From Chrysomallon squamiferum (Eukaryota > Animalia > Mollusca): a stretch of 64,000 nucleotides of DNA. Within the stretch, counting starts at the first letter, position 1. Each line of letters opens with the position of its first letter. The notes beneath the pieces were generated by a model. That model saw only the letters and a program-made list of their open reading frames with translations, was not told the origin of the DNA and did no database searches. Position numbers and translations under genes: made by a program. Positions 1 through 12,975 of this stretch are shown here, piece after piece. Where the stretch lies: NCBI GenBank assembly GCA_012295275.1, contig CM022670.1, positions 21,390,001 to 21,454,000 on the forward strand. The letters are read 5' to 3'.

Positions 1-61
1 ATAATAATAATAATAATATAAGCCACCAAACTCTGAATATGTATTTCACTCATAATTTTAG

Positions 62-2638
62 GGATATGAAGGTGCAAAAGCCATGTCAGTTGGAAGTGTC
101 ATTGCATCATCACCTGCTGGCAATTTGAACTGTTCTCAAGTTCTCACCATAGTTTTAAATCCATGTGATCCAGCCAATCAGGATGCCTCAAAAATGGTAA
201 TGTTATTGTGATGAATGTTTCTGATTAATGAGTGCATTTTCAGGTGATTTCACATTCTTCATAATCATCAACTCAAACTGACTATGTTATGTCAACAATT
301 GTTTATTGGTGTTTTTCCATTAATTTCTTATCTTTCTTTTTTTTTTTCATAATCAACAAAAAGTAATTACTTAGAGAACCAAATGTTTTAGAGTGTATTG
401 CTATTTTCCTTATCAGAATTATTGCTGTTATTGCTACTGGTTCACACATACACACATAGATACATATATATATAAAAAAACAAACAAAAAAAACTCAGTA
501 AAATAATAATTTGGAAGTGTAAAGAAGTTTATTAGACCATTTAGTTGTGATACTAAATGTTGTTGTTGTTATCATAAAGATTTTTATAGCTCTTGTTTAA
601 AAATTATTTTTATTATTATTTTTTTTTCATTGTTCATTAATAAGTGTTACTTATAATTATATGTTTATTTTATTCATAATAAAACTATTTTACTCATTTA
701 CAGCAATTGAAGAAAGCCATAAACGACTGTTTTGCTTTGGCTGACACAGCTAAAGCAACATCCATTGCTTTTCCGCCTGTGGGGTGTGGTGTTCTGTTCA
801 AATATCCTCCAAAGTTTGTTGCAGCATCATTCATATCAGCAGCTAAAAATGCTGCAAAGAAAGGAATTCTACAGGTAGATTTACAATTTAAAGTTGTCTG
901 ACACCAGTCCATATTTATCTCTTTACTGGTAACATTGAGCTTCAGAAATATTTTGGCTTGTTTACATGTTGTCATTTGTGATTGGCGTGTATTAAACCAG
1001 TGAAATTGTGTGTTGTTTCTGGTGTCATTTCCAAGCATGAGATTCTTAAGAATAATGAGCCTTTTGTTATGAGAAACAGAGCCAGAAATGGCCATACATT
1101 ACAGCTTGAAAAAGAGAAGATTTCTATGCTAATAGTAATGGATCTGCTTAAAAGTCAGTGGTCAATATGACATCAAGTTGTATATTCAGACAGCCAAACA
1201 TGGCAACAATGGGCAAAAGAAAGCATATAACCATTGATCCTAAACTATTGTTTTCACATTTTCTTTAAATGCAGAAACTAATGAAATGTGGCTGAAAATG
1301 TTTTAAAAGATATCTTCATGTGTCTGTGTATGTACTAATATATACACAATCCTCAGTATATTACTTTTCTGAATATCTTGACTTCTTTGGTTATCAGTGT
1401 TTTTTTTGTTCTTTTTTAGGATATTGGTTTTTTTATCATGGACAAACAGGTCTATAATATTTTTTTGGATGAAATCAATCCACACAAAACATATGGAGGT
1501 GATGTTTCTTAAACAGTTTCAAACTTAAAATATAAAGTTTAATGACATACAGATACAGAATGATAACTGATACCCAAACAGATGCATAGTTGGTAATAAA
1601 ATTGAATTGTACTAATATACTATCTGTATTTGTACTTTTAAAGTATTTCATTATAAAAAAAAAAATCAGCATGTTAAAAAACATAAAATCTAATGTATAA
1701 GCTGAATGATGGTTATAGCCTAAAATGTTTCATACACATTCAAGTTTGTAAAATTATAGGTAACTTACAACACTTCTTTATTATTAATATGTGACTTTAA
1801 AATAAAATAGTTATTATGATGGATAGAGATTCATTTTGTTCAAAGAAATGAAAAAAAAAAGGAGATAAAAAGAAAAGAAAACAGAAAAGAAACTCCAAAT
1901 TTGATATCTGAGTAAATCATTTTAAAACTGCCCTATGTTTAGTGCATTATGATGACATCATACAAAAAGGAGAAATATTAACCTCCGTGCATAATCACAG
2001 ACTTATTTTACTGTTATTCATTATTATTAGCAAACATTGTTTGATGGTAAATAATCACTTAGAAGTATGTGTTTAAGCCATTTATTGATATACATTTTAA
2101 GACATTTATAACAAAACTGTTTTTTTTTTTTTTTTTTTTTTTTTCCAGGCCCACATCCACATGTTTCAGCCCAGTGAGTTTGTTTTATCTTTAATTTTTT
2201 TTATTAGTGGTGAACAAAGTAAAATACACACAAAGTGAAGTACCATCATTTGAAATTCCTTCATAGGAAATTATTTATTTATTTTTTATAACTCTAAAAT
2301 AAACCTTTTTTTTAAATGTTTTAAACTATCTTCATCTATTCATTTTGTTTACTTCTCTTGCTAAATACAGAAGTATTTAAAACGGAAAAATTAAATATGT
2401 ATATTGCTTGGATTTTAAATAGTAATTTCATGTTTCCTGAACAAGAAGGCTTAGCAAGTGGAGATAACACATCTATTCAGATTGGGTCAGCAACAATACA
2501 AGTACTACAAGGAGATATCACTAAACATAAGGTACAGATACTGTTTTTTTTTTTTTTTTTAAATAATATATTTGATATGCAATTCAATATTTATATATAA
2601 CTATATAATGTCCAATCATTTACTCAAATTATTATTAT

Positions 2639-2671
<33 letters not shown>

Positions 2672-5600
2672 CTACTCAATAATTTATTCATCTGCTAATT
2701 TTATTACATCAAGGTAACATTTATTCATTTATTCCAGTTACTGGTTTCACTATAGATAGTATTCTTTTAATTATTTTATTTTTAGTGAATAATTTTATTA
2801 ATTATCATGAGTAACTTGTGTGGAATGTAAAGACATCAGAATTAAAGATTTTCTAAATTATTTTCAGGCTTCAGTTCTGGTGAATGTCATCACTGAGGAT
2901 CATGATCTTAGGAAAACAGCTGTCTCACAAGCATTTCTTCGTTCTGGTGGAGCTTCTCTTAACCAAGTATGTTTGTTCATCTGGCTAAGTGCCAGTCAGC
3001 AGTACAGAGTTCAGTGGTTGAAAAGTTTGCTAGATCTAAGAAGAGTAACAGGAATTTTTCATTCCATTCCCCATAAAGAATTTGTCATAGACTGATATAC
3101 ATATTTTTCTGTCAGATACGGCCAAACAATCACACAGTTAGTAAGTCAGCTGCTGTTATTCCACCTTTGTCACTCAGCAGCAGGTGATGTTTTTATATGC
3201 TGTTTCCTATAAAGTGCATATACTATATGCTGATAAACAAGTCACAAAGCATTGGCTGGAATGAAAATTGCTTAAAGGTTCCCTGAGGAGGGTTGATCAT
3301 GCAAACAGGCTTTCTTCCATATTATGGAAATACAGCAGTTTCTATTGTAATATTCAAGTGAAGGAAACGGACTGCTAATAATTAATAAACTCAAAAATAA
3401 ATTTTATTATTAATTGATACTCTTGATTCTTTATATCTCACTGCCAAATAAACCACTGACTTGAATACGTTTATAGATTGGTCAGTAAAACAGCATGTAA
3501 GTTATCCTGTTCACACAGATTTAACCAATTATGGTAGACAATTAATATTTGGTATCTGACTGTGCTATAAAACATATTTTTATAGAAATGTAATTCTTGT
3601 TTAGAGTCTATAATTACAATACTATTTATCACTTGTACTTTTCCTGATTTTCTTTTCCTTTTTTTTTAACATTTATTTCAGGACTTTCAACAAGTTACAT
3701 CATCTGGTGAAATAAAAAGGATCTACATTACTAAAGGTTATGATCTGAACTGTGATTATGTTTTCCATGTCGTAGTAAAGAAATTTGACAATTCAAATGC
3801 AGAATCATCAAGACAGGTGGGTCTGTTTAAGAAAAAGAAGTCTTAAAATCATGAAATTTTTATCAGAAAAGAAAAACTTGGTGTAACAACATTATTGTTT
3901 TAAATACAATTTTATCTTCTTTTTGATTTTTCTTTACCTTCTGCAGCTACTTCTGCAATTATTAATTTATATTTCTGGCAGGAATTAATAGCTACTGTTG
4001 AAGACTGCTTCAAAGTCGCACAGACGTACAACACCAAATCTATTGCCCTTCCAGCCATAGGAACCGGTGTTTTGTTTAAATTTTCCCCTTCATTTGTGGC
4101 AACGTGTCTTGTATCAGCTGCCAAAGATGCAGCTCAGAATTCCACCAGTTTAAAGGTATCACCATGTTTAGAAAGGATTTTTTTTTTACAATATCTGGCA
4201 AGTATGTAAAGAAAATGTAGCTGTATTAATATGTATGTACATATGAATTGTAATTCTATTATAAATAAATAAATAATATTGCTAATAAAATAAAAATAAA
4301 TGAATGAATGAATTATTCTGAGAATCAAATTCAGGGCCAAAAAACAAATAATAAAATTAATTAAATGAGATCCATATTTCTTCCCTTTTTATTAATTATT
4401 CTTATTTAGAAATTCAATGCTCCTTTATTAAAAGAAGTCTACTTGGATTTCAGAATATATCTTTTGTGATTTATGATCAAGATATCTACTTCACTGTTGT
4501 GAAAGAACTGACATCAGCCTCACCAGGAACAACAGACGTCTACAGTAAATTCACAGCAAGTCTGAAAAGTATATTTTAATATAACTAATTACACATATTG
4601 TCAACCCATGGTAACCTACATTTAGAAAGTGACTTTTGATGTTTCAAATTACAATTATATACAAGCAAAAAGTAGATCAAACAAACAAACATATCAATAT
4701 TATGAATACTAATTTAAATTCATTTTTTTAATATTTATATTTATTATTATTATTATTTATTTGGATTTTTGGTTATCTGCATTTGTTTGAAGCAAAACTA
4801 TTTCAAGTATATAACTTCCTTTTATTCTTTTTCAAGTTAGTGAATGCTAAATAAAAACATAACTATAACAGACAAAATAATAACAATTAATTAATTAATA
4901 ACTTCTCATGCAACAAATATGGATGAAAGATCTTTAAATTACAATTCTATTTTAAATTATTTTTCACGCAGAATGCACTCCATCAGAACGAGCTCAGACA
5001 TCAAAAATTACCATTGAAGCAAAGACACAAGATACATGCATGAGTGCAAAGAAAGCTCTGATTAAAGATTTGCAGTCATCTTTCTTGCACACAGAGTTTG
5101 TTGAAAATGATGGCATCACAAAACTTCCTTCAAGCAGATGTTCAGAGCTAGCCAAAATGGCAGATGAAAATGGAGTGTATATTAAATTTCCAAATGCAGG
5201 TCAGTCACTTATGAATCCTATTTAAAAGCTGATATCTTTATTTTTGAACAAAATAAAAAAATTTCTATCTTTCACAAAAGTTTTAAAATTTATTTTTCTC
5301 GATATTTACTGGAGTTTTTTGTAACCTGTTTGATAGAAAAAAAATGTGTCAGAAAGATATATATTTTTATAGTTATTTTTACATGATTCTTATAATTTAT
5401 TATCATATCAGTTATTTTTGTTTTCCATTTTTGTTAAAAGATAAACATTGTATTGAATATTATACAATTTATTTTTTTTAATTATTATTTTATAGAAATT
5501 TGTTAAATGTGTTAGGCTTGTCTGAAAAATGTTTGAATTAAGTTACAGTAATACATTTTTAATTATTTATTGGTAGGAATATATTGTTTTAGTTTACAGA

Positions 5601-6717
5601 TTTCAGTCTAAGACATAATCATTATTAAATGTCATTTCCTTAAAGAAACAGTATTATTTATTTTTGTTTTATTTCACGTTCTTATATATATACATATACA
5701 TACATATTTGTGTGTGTTTTTGTGTTTATATAAATATACTTTTACACACAGAGATAGATGGATAGTCACATGAATAATGTATGATGTTATTTATTATCAT
5801 TACAGGAAGCTTTAAACCTCACAAGAAGAATCAGTTAAAATTGAAAGGAGAAAAGAATGCTGTGACTGCTATCAAAATAAGAGTTCAAGAGATACTGCTG
5901 AATGAAATGTCAAAAGAAAGAAAAGAAAACACAGAAAAATATGTAAAGCCTGGTACAAATGAATTTATCAAAATGATGGCAACAACTTCAGATCATAACA
6001 CTCCAAAATACTGGACATATTTTACACCAGACACCAAGGTTTCAAAACTTCTAATTTCTACAATTGGTACAACAAAGAAAGATTGGAGTCTGCAAGACAT
6101 TCCTGCAAAAGACGACATCTACAAAGCTGTCAGTGATTTGGTTGTTAAAACATGGAAACAAAATCTGGTTGGTCAAGGAAAAGATGCACTGAATTTGACA
6201 ACTGGACATAAACTTAAAATTGTAAAAATCCAGAGACTAGAAAATATTGAACTTTTTAGACGCTACTGTCAAAATAGGGCAAGATTGTTTGTGAAAGCTG
6301 CAAAAAAACCAATCACACCTATCAGAAATCTTCCTGGTTCAAAAGGTGAGGTGGAAACAACAGCTGCTGTAGCACCTAGTTTAACACAAGATATCTATGT
6401 GAATGAGATTAACGAACATTATTTATTTCATGGAACAAAGATGGACACAATCGAAGTGGTTTGTGGAAATGGGCTTGATAGTCGAGTTTCAAACACTATG
6501 GCAATGTTTGGTCCTGGTATTTATGCAGCAGAGAGTTCCACAAAGGCTGATCAGTATGCAGGTCAGATAAACATAAAATAATACATAAATAAATAAGAGA
6601 CTTAATAAAACAAAAATTTCTTAATAATCAAATTGTATCATACCCTATATTAAAAGGAAAATATTTTTTATATGTAAAATCAAAACAACAATAGCAGTAG
6701 CAACAACAACAATAAAA

Positions 6718-6758
<41 letters not shown>

Positions 6759-7789
6759 ATAATAATAATAATAATAATAATTTTTTCAAAAACTAAATAT
6801 AGATATTTTTGGAATTATCCTTTTCTTTTATTTTATTTTTATTTTTATTTTTACTTAACATGTTACCTAAAGAAGCAAAAAATATTAATATAAAAAAACA
6901 ATAAAAAAACAACAACAAACATGTATCTGTGTAGTTCCTCAAATTAGAATTTAGTTTTAGATGAACATTTCAGATGTTAACAGGTATGAAATGTCAGTCA
7001 TGTTTCACAAAATAAAGCGACTGGTATGCAATTCTAAAAGATATACCATTATTTTAGTTCCCATATTTTAAGCATTTTTAAATTGTGAACATTGCTCTTA
7101 ATAATCATGAACATCATGTCACTGTTTTACAGGGTTTCAATTTTGTAGGTCTTTACTCAGGATAACTGAACCATCATACTTCATACCATCTCAACAATAA
7201 TAACAATAATAATAATAATAATACATTTTTTAAAAGGTAAATATAGATATTTTTGGAATTATCCTTTTCTTTTCTATTCCTTTTTTTTTTCTTCTTTTTA
7301 TTCCCCCCAACATGTCAACTTAACAAGCAAAAAAAAAAAAAATAAATAAAAAACTCTGAAAGCTATAGCATTATTTTAAGCAGTTTTAAATTCTGAACAT
7401 TGCTATTAATAATCATGAACATCATGTCACTGTTTTACTCAGGATAACTGAAACATCATACTTCTTAGCATCTCAACACCTCTGAGCTGTATTCTGCTAT
7501 TCTGTTTTTTACAGATGACAAGTATAACCGACAACCTAATGGAACTAACCTGTGCATGATTCTCCTAAGAATGGCCCTTGGAGAACCATTTTTGACCAAT
7601 AACAAAAATTCACCCAAGTATCGTCTGCCACCATGTAAAGGAAGTGGATGTCACACAGATGGCTGCACAACTCATACAGAGACATTTGATTCAGTTATAG
7701 GACATGGATCATGGCTTTTCAGAGAATTTGTTGTTTATGAACGAGACTTAGTGTACCCTGAATATTTTATCATATATCAACGTGTTTAG
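62..7789 (+). CDS. PARP14/15-like macrodomain ADP-ribosyltransferase, copy A (5'-partial). Exons 62-196, 704-874, 1420-1498, 2149-2173, 2423-2531, 2868-2966, 3682-3816, 3982-4155, 4454-4544, 4972-5199, 5806-6561, 7515-7789
   Basis: GT-AG exons join in frame. Macrodomain motifs GDIT, SIAFPPVGCG..FKYP and SIALPAIGTG; PARP catalytic motifs NEHYLFHGT, MFGPGIYAAE and REFVVY..YPEYFIIY. Confidence 0.9.
6718..6780. repeat. Compound (TAC)n(AAT)n microsatellite in the last PARP-A intron
   Basis: Directly visible. Confidence 0.9.
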
Positions 7790-7811
7790 GTCATTTACAC
7801 AAGACAAAACA

Positions 7812-8255
7812 TTTCTGCTCATCTAGATATGATTTCATGCATGAGATTTAAGATATAATAACTTTTGTAAAATTTACACCTAAAATTTTATTCTGCAATA
7901 TTACTTTCATAATATGTCATCTCTAAAAAGAAAATGTTAAAATATTACTTTTATGCACACAAAAATTCAGTGTGCATATTACTTGTATGTACAAAAAACG
8001 TTACTTTCTGCCCAGTTTACACCACATATACGATTTCTACTCATCTAGATATGATTTCAAGCATGAGATTTAAGATATAATAACTTTTATACATAAAAAC
8101 GTAAATTTAAAACCTAAAATATTATTGTGCAATATTACTTTCATAAGATATCATCTCTACAAAGAAAATGTTTAATATTACTTTAATGCATACAAAAAAT
8201 GGATGTGTATGTACAAAAAATGTTACTTTCTGCCCAGTTTACAGCGCATATACAG
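7812..8255 (+). repeat. ~220-bp tandem duplication in the PARP-A 3' UTR
   Basis: The unit ctcatctagatatgatttca...ttactttctgcccagtttac occurs at ~7818 and ~8040; copy B has a single unit. Confidence 0.85.
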
Positions 8256-8726
8256 TTTTATACAATGTACAGAAGATTTTTTTGCTATACATGTTACTGT
8301 AGAGAAGACTGTTCTTATAGTTTAGAAATCTGCTTGTTGTAAGGACTAAACAGAGATATTTTTAATAGTAAATTAATATATGTTATGATCCTCGATGTAT
8401 TTGTTTTTAAAGATGTGTGTGTCTGTTTACAGAAGACAGACACAGATATACGTTCGAACATGTTATGCATTTATACAAATTTGTGAAATGTCCTTTATTT
8501 TTTTAATACGTTTTGTAAGATGAATATTATTGCTTACCAGCTGTTGTTAGGATTTATTATTTTGTATTTACCATTGCAATATGTTTCTAAAGTTTTGTTT
8601 CATGTTTTTAAATTGTTAAAAATTTATATATCTTTTTTTTCTAAAAGATGGTTCTTGATAATATATATTTGTTCTATATGATAAAGGATAATATTTAAAC
8701 TATTTTAATTTCTGACTCTCTTTCTA

Positions 8727-8752
8727 TGTTGTTGTTGTTGTTGTTATTATTG

Positions 8753-8813
<61 letters not shown>
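8727..8813. repeat. (TTG)n(TTA)n microsatellite
   Basis: Directly visible. Confidence 0.9.
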
Positions 8814-8814
<1 letters not shown>

Positions 8815-9499
8815 TACATCTGGGGTGTATCCACCTTTTCTAATGAGGGGAGCATGACAAAGAGGGCACCATAACTTGATGAATTAGCACCACTGGAAAA
8901 TTACACACGGTTCATGAACCATAATATAATAGTGCTACAACAGGGACGCTGGCAGACGTTTTTTACAGTGTTCTGTGCATTAACTGAAAACGCCAGCATT
9001 TTGTAATATTAAATTACAGTGGTATTTGAACAAATCAGAACGGTTATGATCGTCCAAATATCGTATGAGTTGTACTGCGCTAGCTCAAATCTGGTATTTT
9101 TGTGCAGGCAGCGGGAGCCCTCTAATCTTGAAAATGAGATGTGTTTGTCTGCAACTTTGATGAACGTATACTTAGAACAAAAATGAATGTGGTGCAAGTT
9201 CCAGATAGAACTGAATTGTTTCTTGTAACTGCATAGACACATAAAATATTTTAAAGAACGTAGCTTTAAGTTGTGCAATGTTTGATTAAATATAATTACA
9301 AAAACTTACCTCTAACAGTTCATGATAGGTGACTGTACCGATGAAATCCATCCATAAAAAATAAAAATGCCTTAATATCAGACTTATGGCACTCGTATAC
9401 TGAAGAAGTGGATTCTTATGGCCAGTAAAGTTTAATCCATGTATAACGTTTAAAACAAAATTAAAGGAAAAACACCACCATTGTCATGTACATTTTTCG

Positions 9500-11640
9500 G
9501 CAAAACAAATAGTTTTGAGTTTTGTAGTTTAATCAAAAAGAATGTTGCTGGAAAATAATCATCTGTTGCATTTTTAAGGGAAATGTCTGCTACACTGTCT
9601 ACATCTAATGTCATGGTGCATGTGCATTAAAGCTAAGCTTGATAGTCGTTCAACGGTCATGCGGTTTCTTGTGTATGACTTTATCCGTCTCAATACTGAA
9701 AAAGAACGTTCTGCTTGACAGCTTATCACGGGTGACACACAGGCAATGCACAACAGTTCATAAATATAGGGAAACACGTCTCGATCGCAGTCGCGAAGAT
9801 ATTCGATCAGACTGCGTGGCTGAACTTGATATTTGGAGTTATGCGATTTCCAAAATGTGATTTCCGTATAAAGTGATTGTGCAGAAAAGAGTAGTTGATT
9901 ACAAAAATCAGAGATGTTGTCTTTTTTAAACAGTAATTTGGTGTGAGTTCAAATATGGAAGCACGTGTCCTGGTTTCACTGTCAAAACGTGTCTCCATTT
10001 CATTCTGTAAATGGTCCAAAAATGGGACAGCTAAGTTTTTTGTATAGTAATTTAACGGCTCTTCTGCAGGCTCGTTATTTCTGAGGGCTTGTCCAGATTT
10101 GGAAATGTATCCACCAAATTTGTGAACGAGTTGCTCGGTCTCGCCAAACCACACTCTGAACTCTGATTCTACACTGTGCCGAAGTTCTTCAAATCGGTCT
10201 GTCTTTTCATCTAGTATTGCATATGCTTCAAATGAATTTAAATTGCTTCGCCATAATTTAGTTGCAATTGACCGAATTATTTCTAAAGATTTCCCTGCAA
10301 CAACAGAAGAAATGAGAAACTGAAATGATTGAAGAGTTGAATAAAGTCCTTAAGCCTTGGTCTGTTATTCTGGGTCCGAGGATCAGGTTTATCCGACATA
10401 AATATTATATCTTCGTAATCATGTGGTCTTAAAATTGCATCTAATGTTGTAATGGCTCGATTAATTCCACGAACGTTTCATAACAGTCATCTGCTGCAAC
10501 TCATCGATTTTTGCATAAACATATAATTTTTTTTTTCTTCTTTTTGGTGTCACAGTCGATATCGGTGTAATGCGAAAGGTGCGAATTCTTTTATTCTACC
10601 ATTTCTACCTTTATCTGAATGTGGCACAGAAAACGTGTCATCATAATTTTGTCCTCGAAAAGTTTGAAAATCAAATACATCGTCACGCAATGATTTCAGT
10701 ATTTCATTAGAAATTGCATTGCATGTCGTCCGCTCTAGCTGAACAAAATCTACGAACATCTCAGCAATCTCGACTTCTTCAGGTTCACCACCAACGAGAA
10801 ACCTCAATCACACTAATAAAACCTCTTTGTTTCTCGTTGTGTCCGAAAAATATTTATGATCTTATTCTGTATTGTCTTGGATGTGTAACGCCTACTTTCC
10901 CCTGTTTCTTCAGTATTGTATCTAAAGACAATGAAATATTTTAAACGAAAAAAAAAAATGTTTTAACCTTAGGCTGACGAAAGGGATTCCGTTTAGTTGC
11001 AAGTCCTGAAACCTATGATTGGACCAAAGCTTCAATCCTATTTTCTTCGTTTTTGTTTTCTGGATCTTTTTATTTCGTTTGGTTTGGTTTTTTTTTTTTG
11101 TTTTTTTTGAGATATAACGGAAATATGTACTTGTCAATAGCTGCTATACTATTGACAGTAAATTCATCCATCTCTCTCAAAAACAGTCAATAAATAAAAA
11201 ATATCAATAAATAAAATAAAATAAAAAATAAATAAATAAATATAAAAAATAAAAATCATTAATAAAAATAGTAACAAATACTCTGCAATAATACTTATGA
11301 TCTCATTCTGTATTATCTTGGATGTGTAACGCCTACTCCCCCCTCGTTTCTTCAGTACTGGATCACGTGTGGCCAAAACTGTTAGAGTTGCTATGAAAGT
11401 GCCTGTATTGCTACATGTACTTGACATGTCAACTCTATGAAAAACAATATTTTGTTGTCCTCAAAACGTTACCGCTTTAGTGATACTTTTCAGGATATGA
11501 ATATTTGTTTTATACGTCCCTTTCTTTTTTCATTTAACAAAGCATCAACATAACGACCTGGATTTTGTATTGATTGCCGAAATCTGAATATTCAATGACA
11601 GCATTTTTGTGATATTGTACGAAATATTATTTACGAAACA
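9500..11640 (-). mobile_element. Degenerate hAT transposase (ZMYM1/PRKRIR-like, DUF4371 plus hAT dimerisation domain), pseudogenised
   Basis: ORF fragments NTGTFIATL..RDPVL..RYTSKIIQNEIISII, FRGQNYD and PVISCQAERSFSVLRRIKSYTRNRMTVERLSSLALMHMH, broken by stops and frameshifts. Termini not established. Confidence 0.88.
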
Positions 11641-11870
11641 AAATATGACAAATGCCGTTATTGAATTTGAATACTGATAACTACATACATGGGGGGTTTG
11701 CAATTTGCAGACGTTAACAGTATAAAGGGCTTACTCCCATCTGGTCGAATTCCTATTTTGTCGAAATGCTAAATGTGGTTTAATGGTCTTACTTACATGG
11801 TTGTTTTTATCTCAGTCATTATAATGAACTGTTCAGGATTATATGGAAACCGATTATTATTGTATAGATA

Positions 11871-12549
11871 CAGTAATAACTCGCTTAACGATATTTCGCT
11901 TTAACGATCTTTTTTTATATAAATTATATAAATAGAAATTTAATAGTTAATTGCTCGAAATAAATTATACAAATGGATACAATGCATGTGTTTAAGTCCG
12001 TTTTTGTTCGTTTTACGTTCATTCACGAGCTTCCCTCAGCTATGTTGATCAGTTGACATGCAGACGTCATACGTACATGTGATGTTCAGATTATTTTGTC
12101 TCTTGTGTTTCCATTTAGACTTAACCCTTTTGTAATTTACCCTTTCAATATGTCAAAATGAATATAAATACCCCGGCGAATACTGATGATAAAAAGAAAT
12201 GGAAGACAATAACTTTAAAAACAAAATGCGATATCTTAAACGAAAACAAAACCCACAAAAATGAATCCACAATGAGCAGCATATAATTATTTCTTGATGT
12301 ATTTGTAAAAATTGATTTGTAAATGATTTACTCTTTGTTTAATATCTATAATCTATTAAATCATTTATGTCTAAATTACCGTTTTACTTATCTTTATTTA
12401 ACATTTCTTTTTATGTCAGATTTCAGTTGCGAAGAACGTAGCCACTGTTTTTAACCTTAATTCTATGTAAATCAGTCTCCCGATTAAGATATCTCACTTA
12501 ACGATCGGAAATTTGGAACCAAATACTTTGTTAATCCGAGGTATTACTG
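11871..12549 (+). mobile_element. pogo/Tigger-like deletion derivative (MITE) with TA target-site duplication
   Basis: TA|CAGTAATAACTCGCTTAAC ... GTTAATCCGAGGTATTACTG|TA imperfect TIRs; internal remnant KKKWKTITLKTKCDIL (~12190-12240) resembles the CENP-B/Tigger N-terminal HTH. Confidence 0.82.
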
Positions 12550-12889
12550 TAGTATGGATATCGCTTATCGCATAAAGTATGTAAATATGAAAATATCGAA
12601 ATAATCCATGTACTGAATGTAGTTGAATGTAAATAACTAAAAAAGAAGGTATTCATCTTAAAAATATGATATTAAAAACACGTGCGTCTGATGTTTCAGT
12701 AAGTTCAGTAATAGGTACAGTGTTATAATAATATTGTACAAATCTAGAATTTTCTCTGTGATGCGTGTTTAATGATATGTGTTTTTAATCGACCATAAAC
12801 TTTAGGATTTTTTTGTTCTTATTTGTTTTTTGTTGTTGTTTTTTTAACGGAAAGGAAATGCTGATGAGTTAGAAATGACCAGATTAATA

Positions 12890-12975
12890 AATAATAATAA
12901 TAATAATGTGGATGATGATGATGATAATAATAATAATTATGATGATTACGATGATGATGATGATAATAATAATAA
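12890..12975. repeat. Compound (AAT)/(GAT) microsatellite
   Basis: Directly visible. Confidence 0.85.

Noticed and set aside
694-4124. Minus-strand ORFs 694-1095 and 3912-4124 (and twins 25935-26144, 29540-29752) as conserved small genes
   Set aside because: Antisense to PARP exons; their conservation is explained by the duplication.
8941-8965. CAGGGACGCTGGCAG as the hAT terminal inverted repeat
   Set aside because: No matching partner TIR or 8-bp TSD found by eye.
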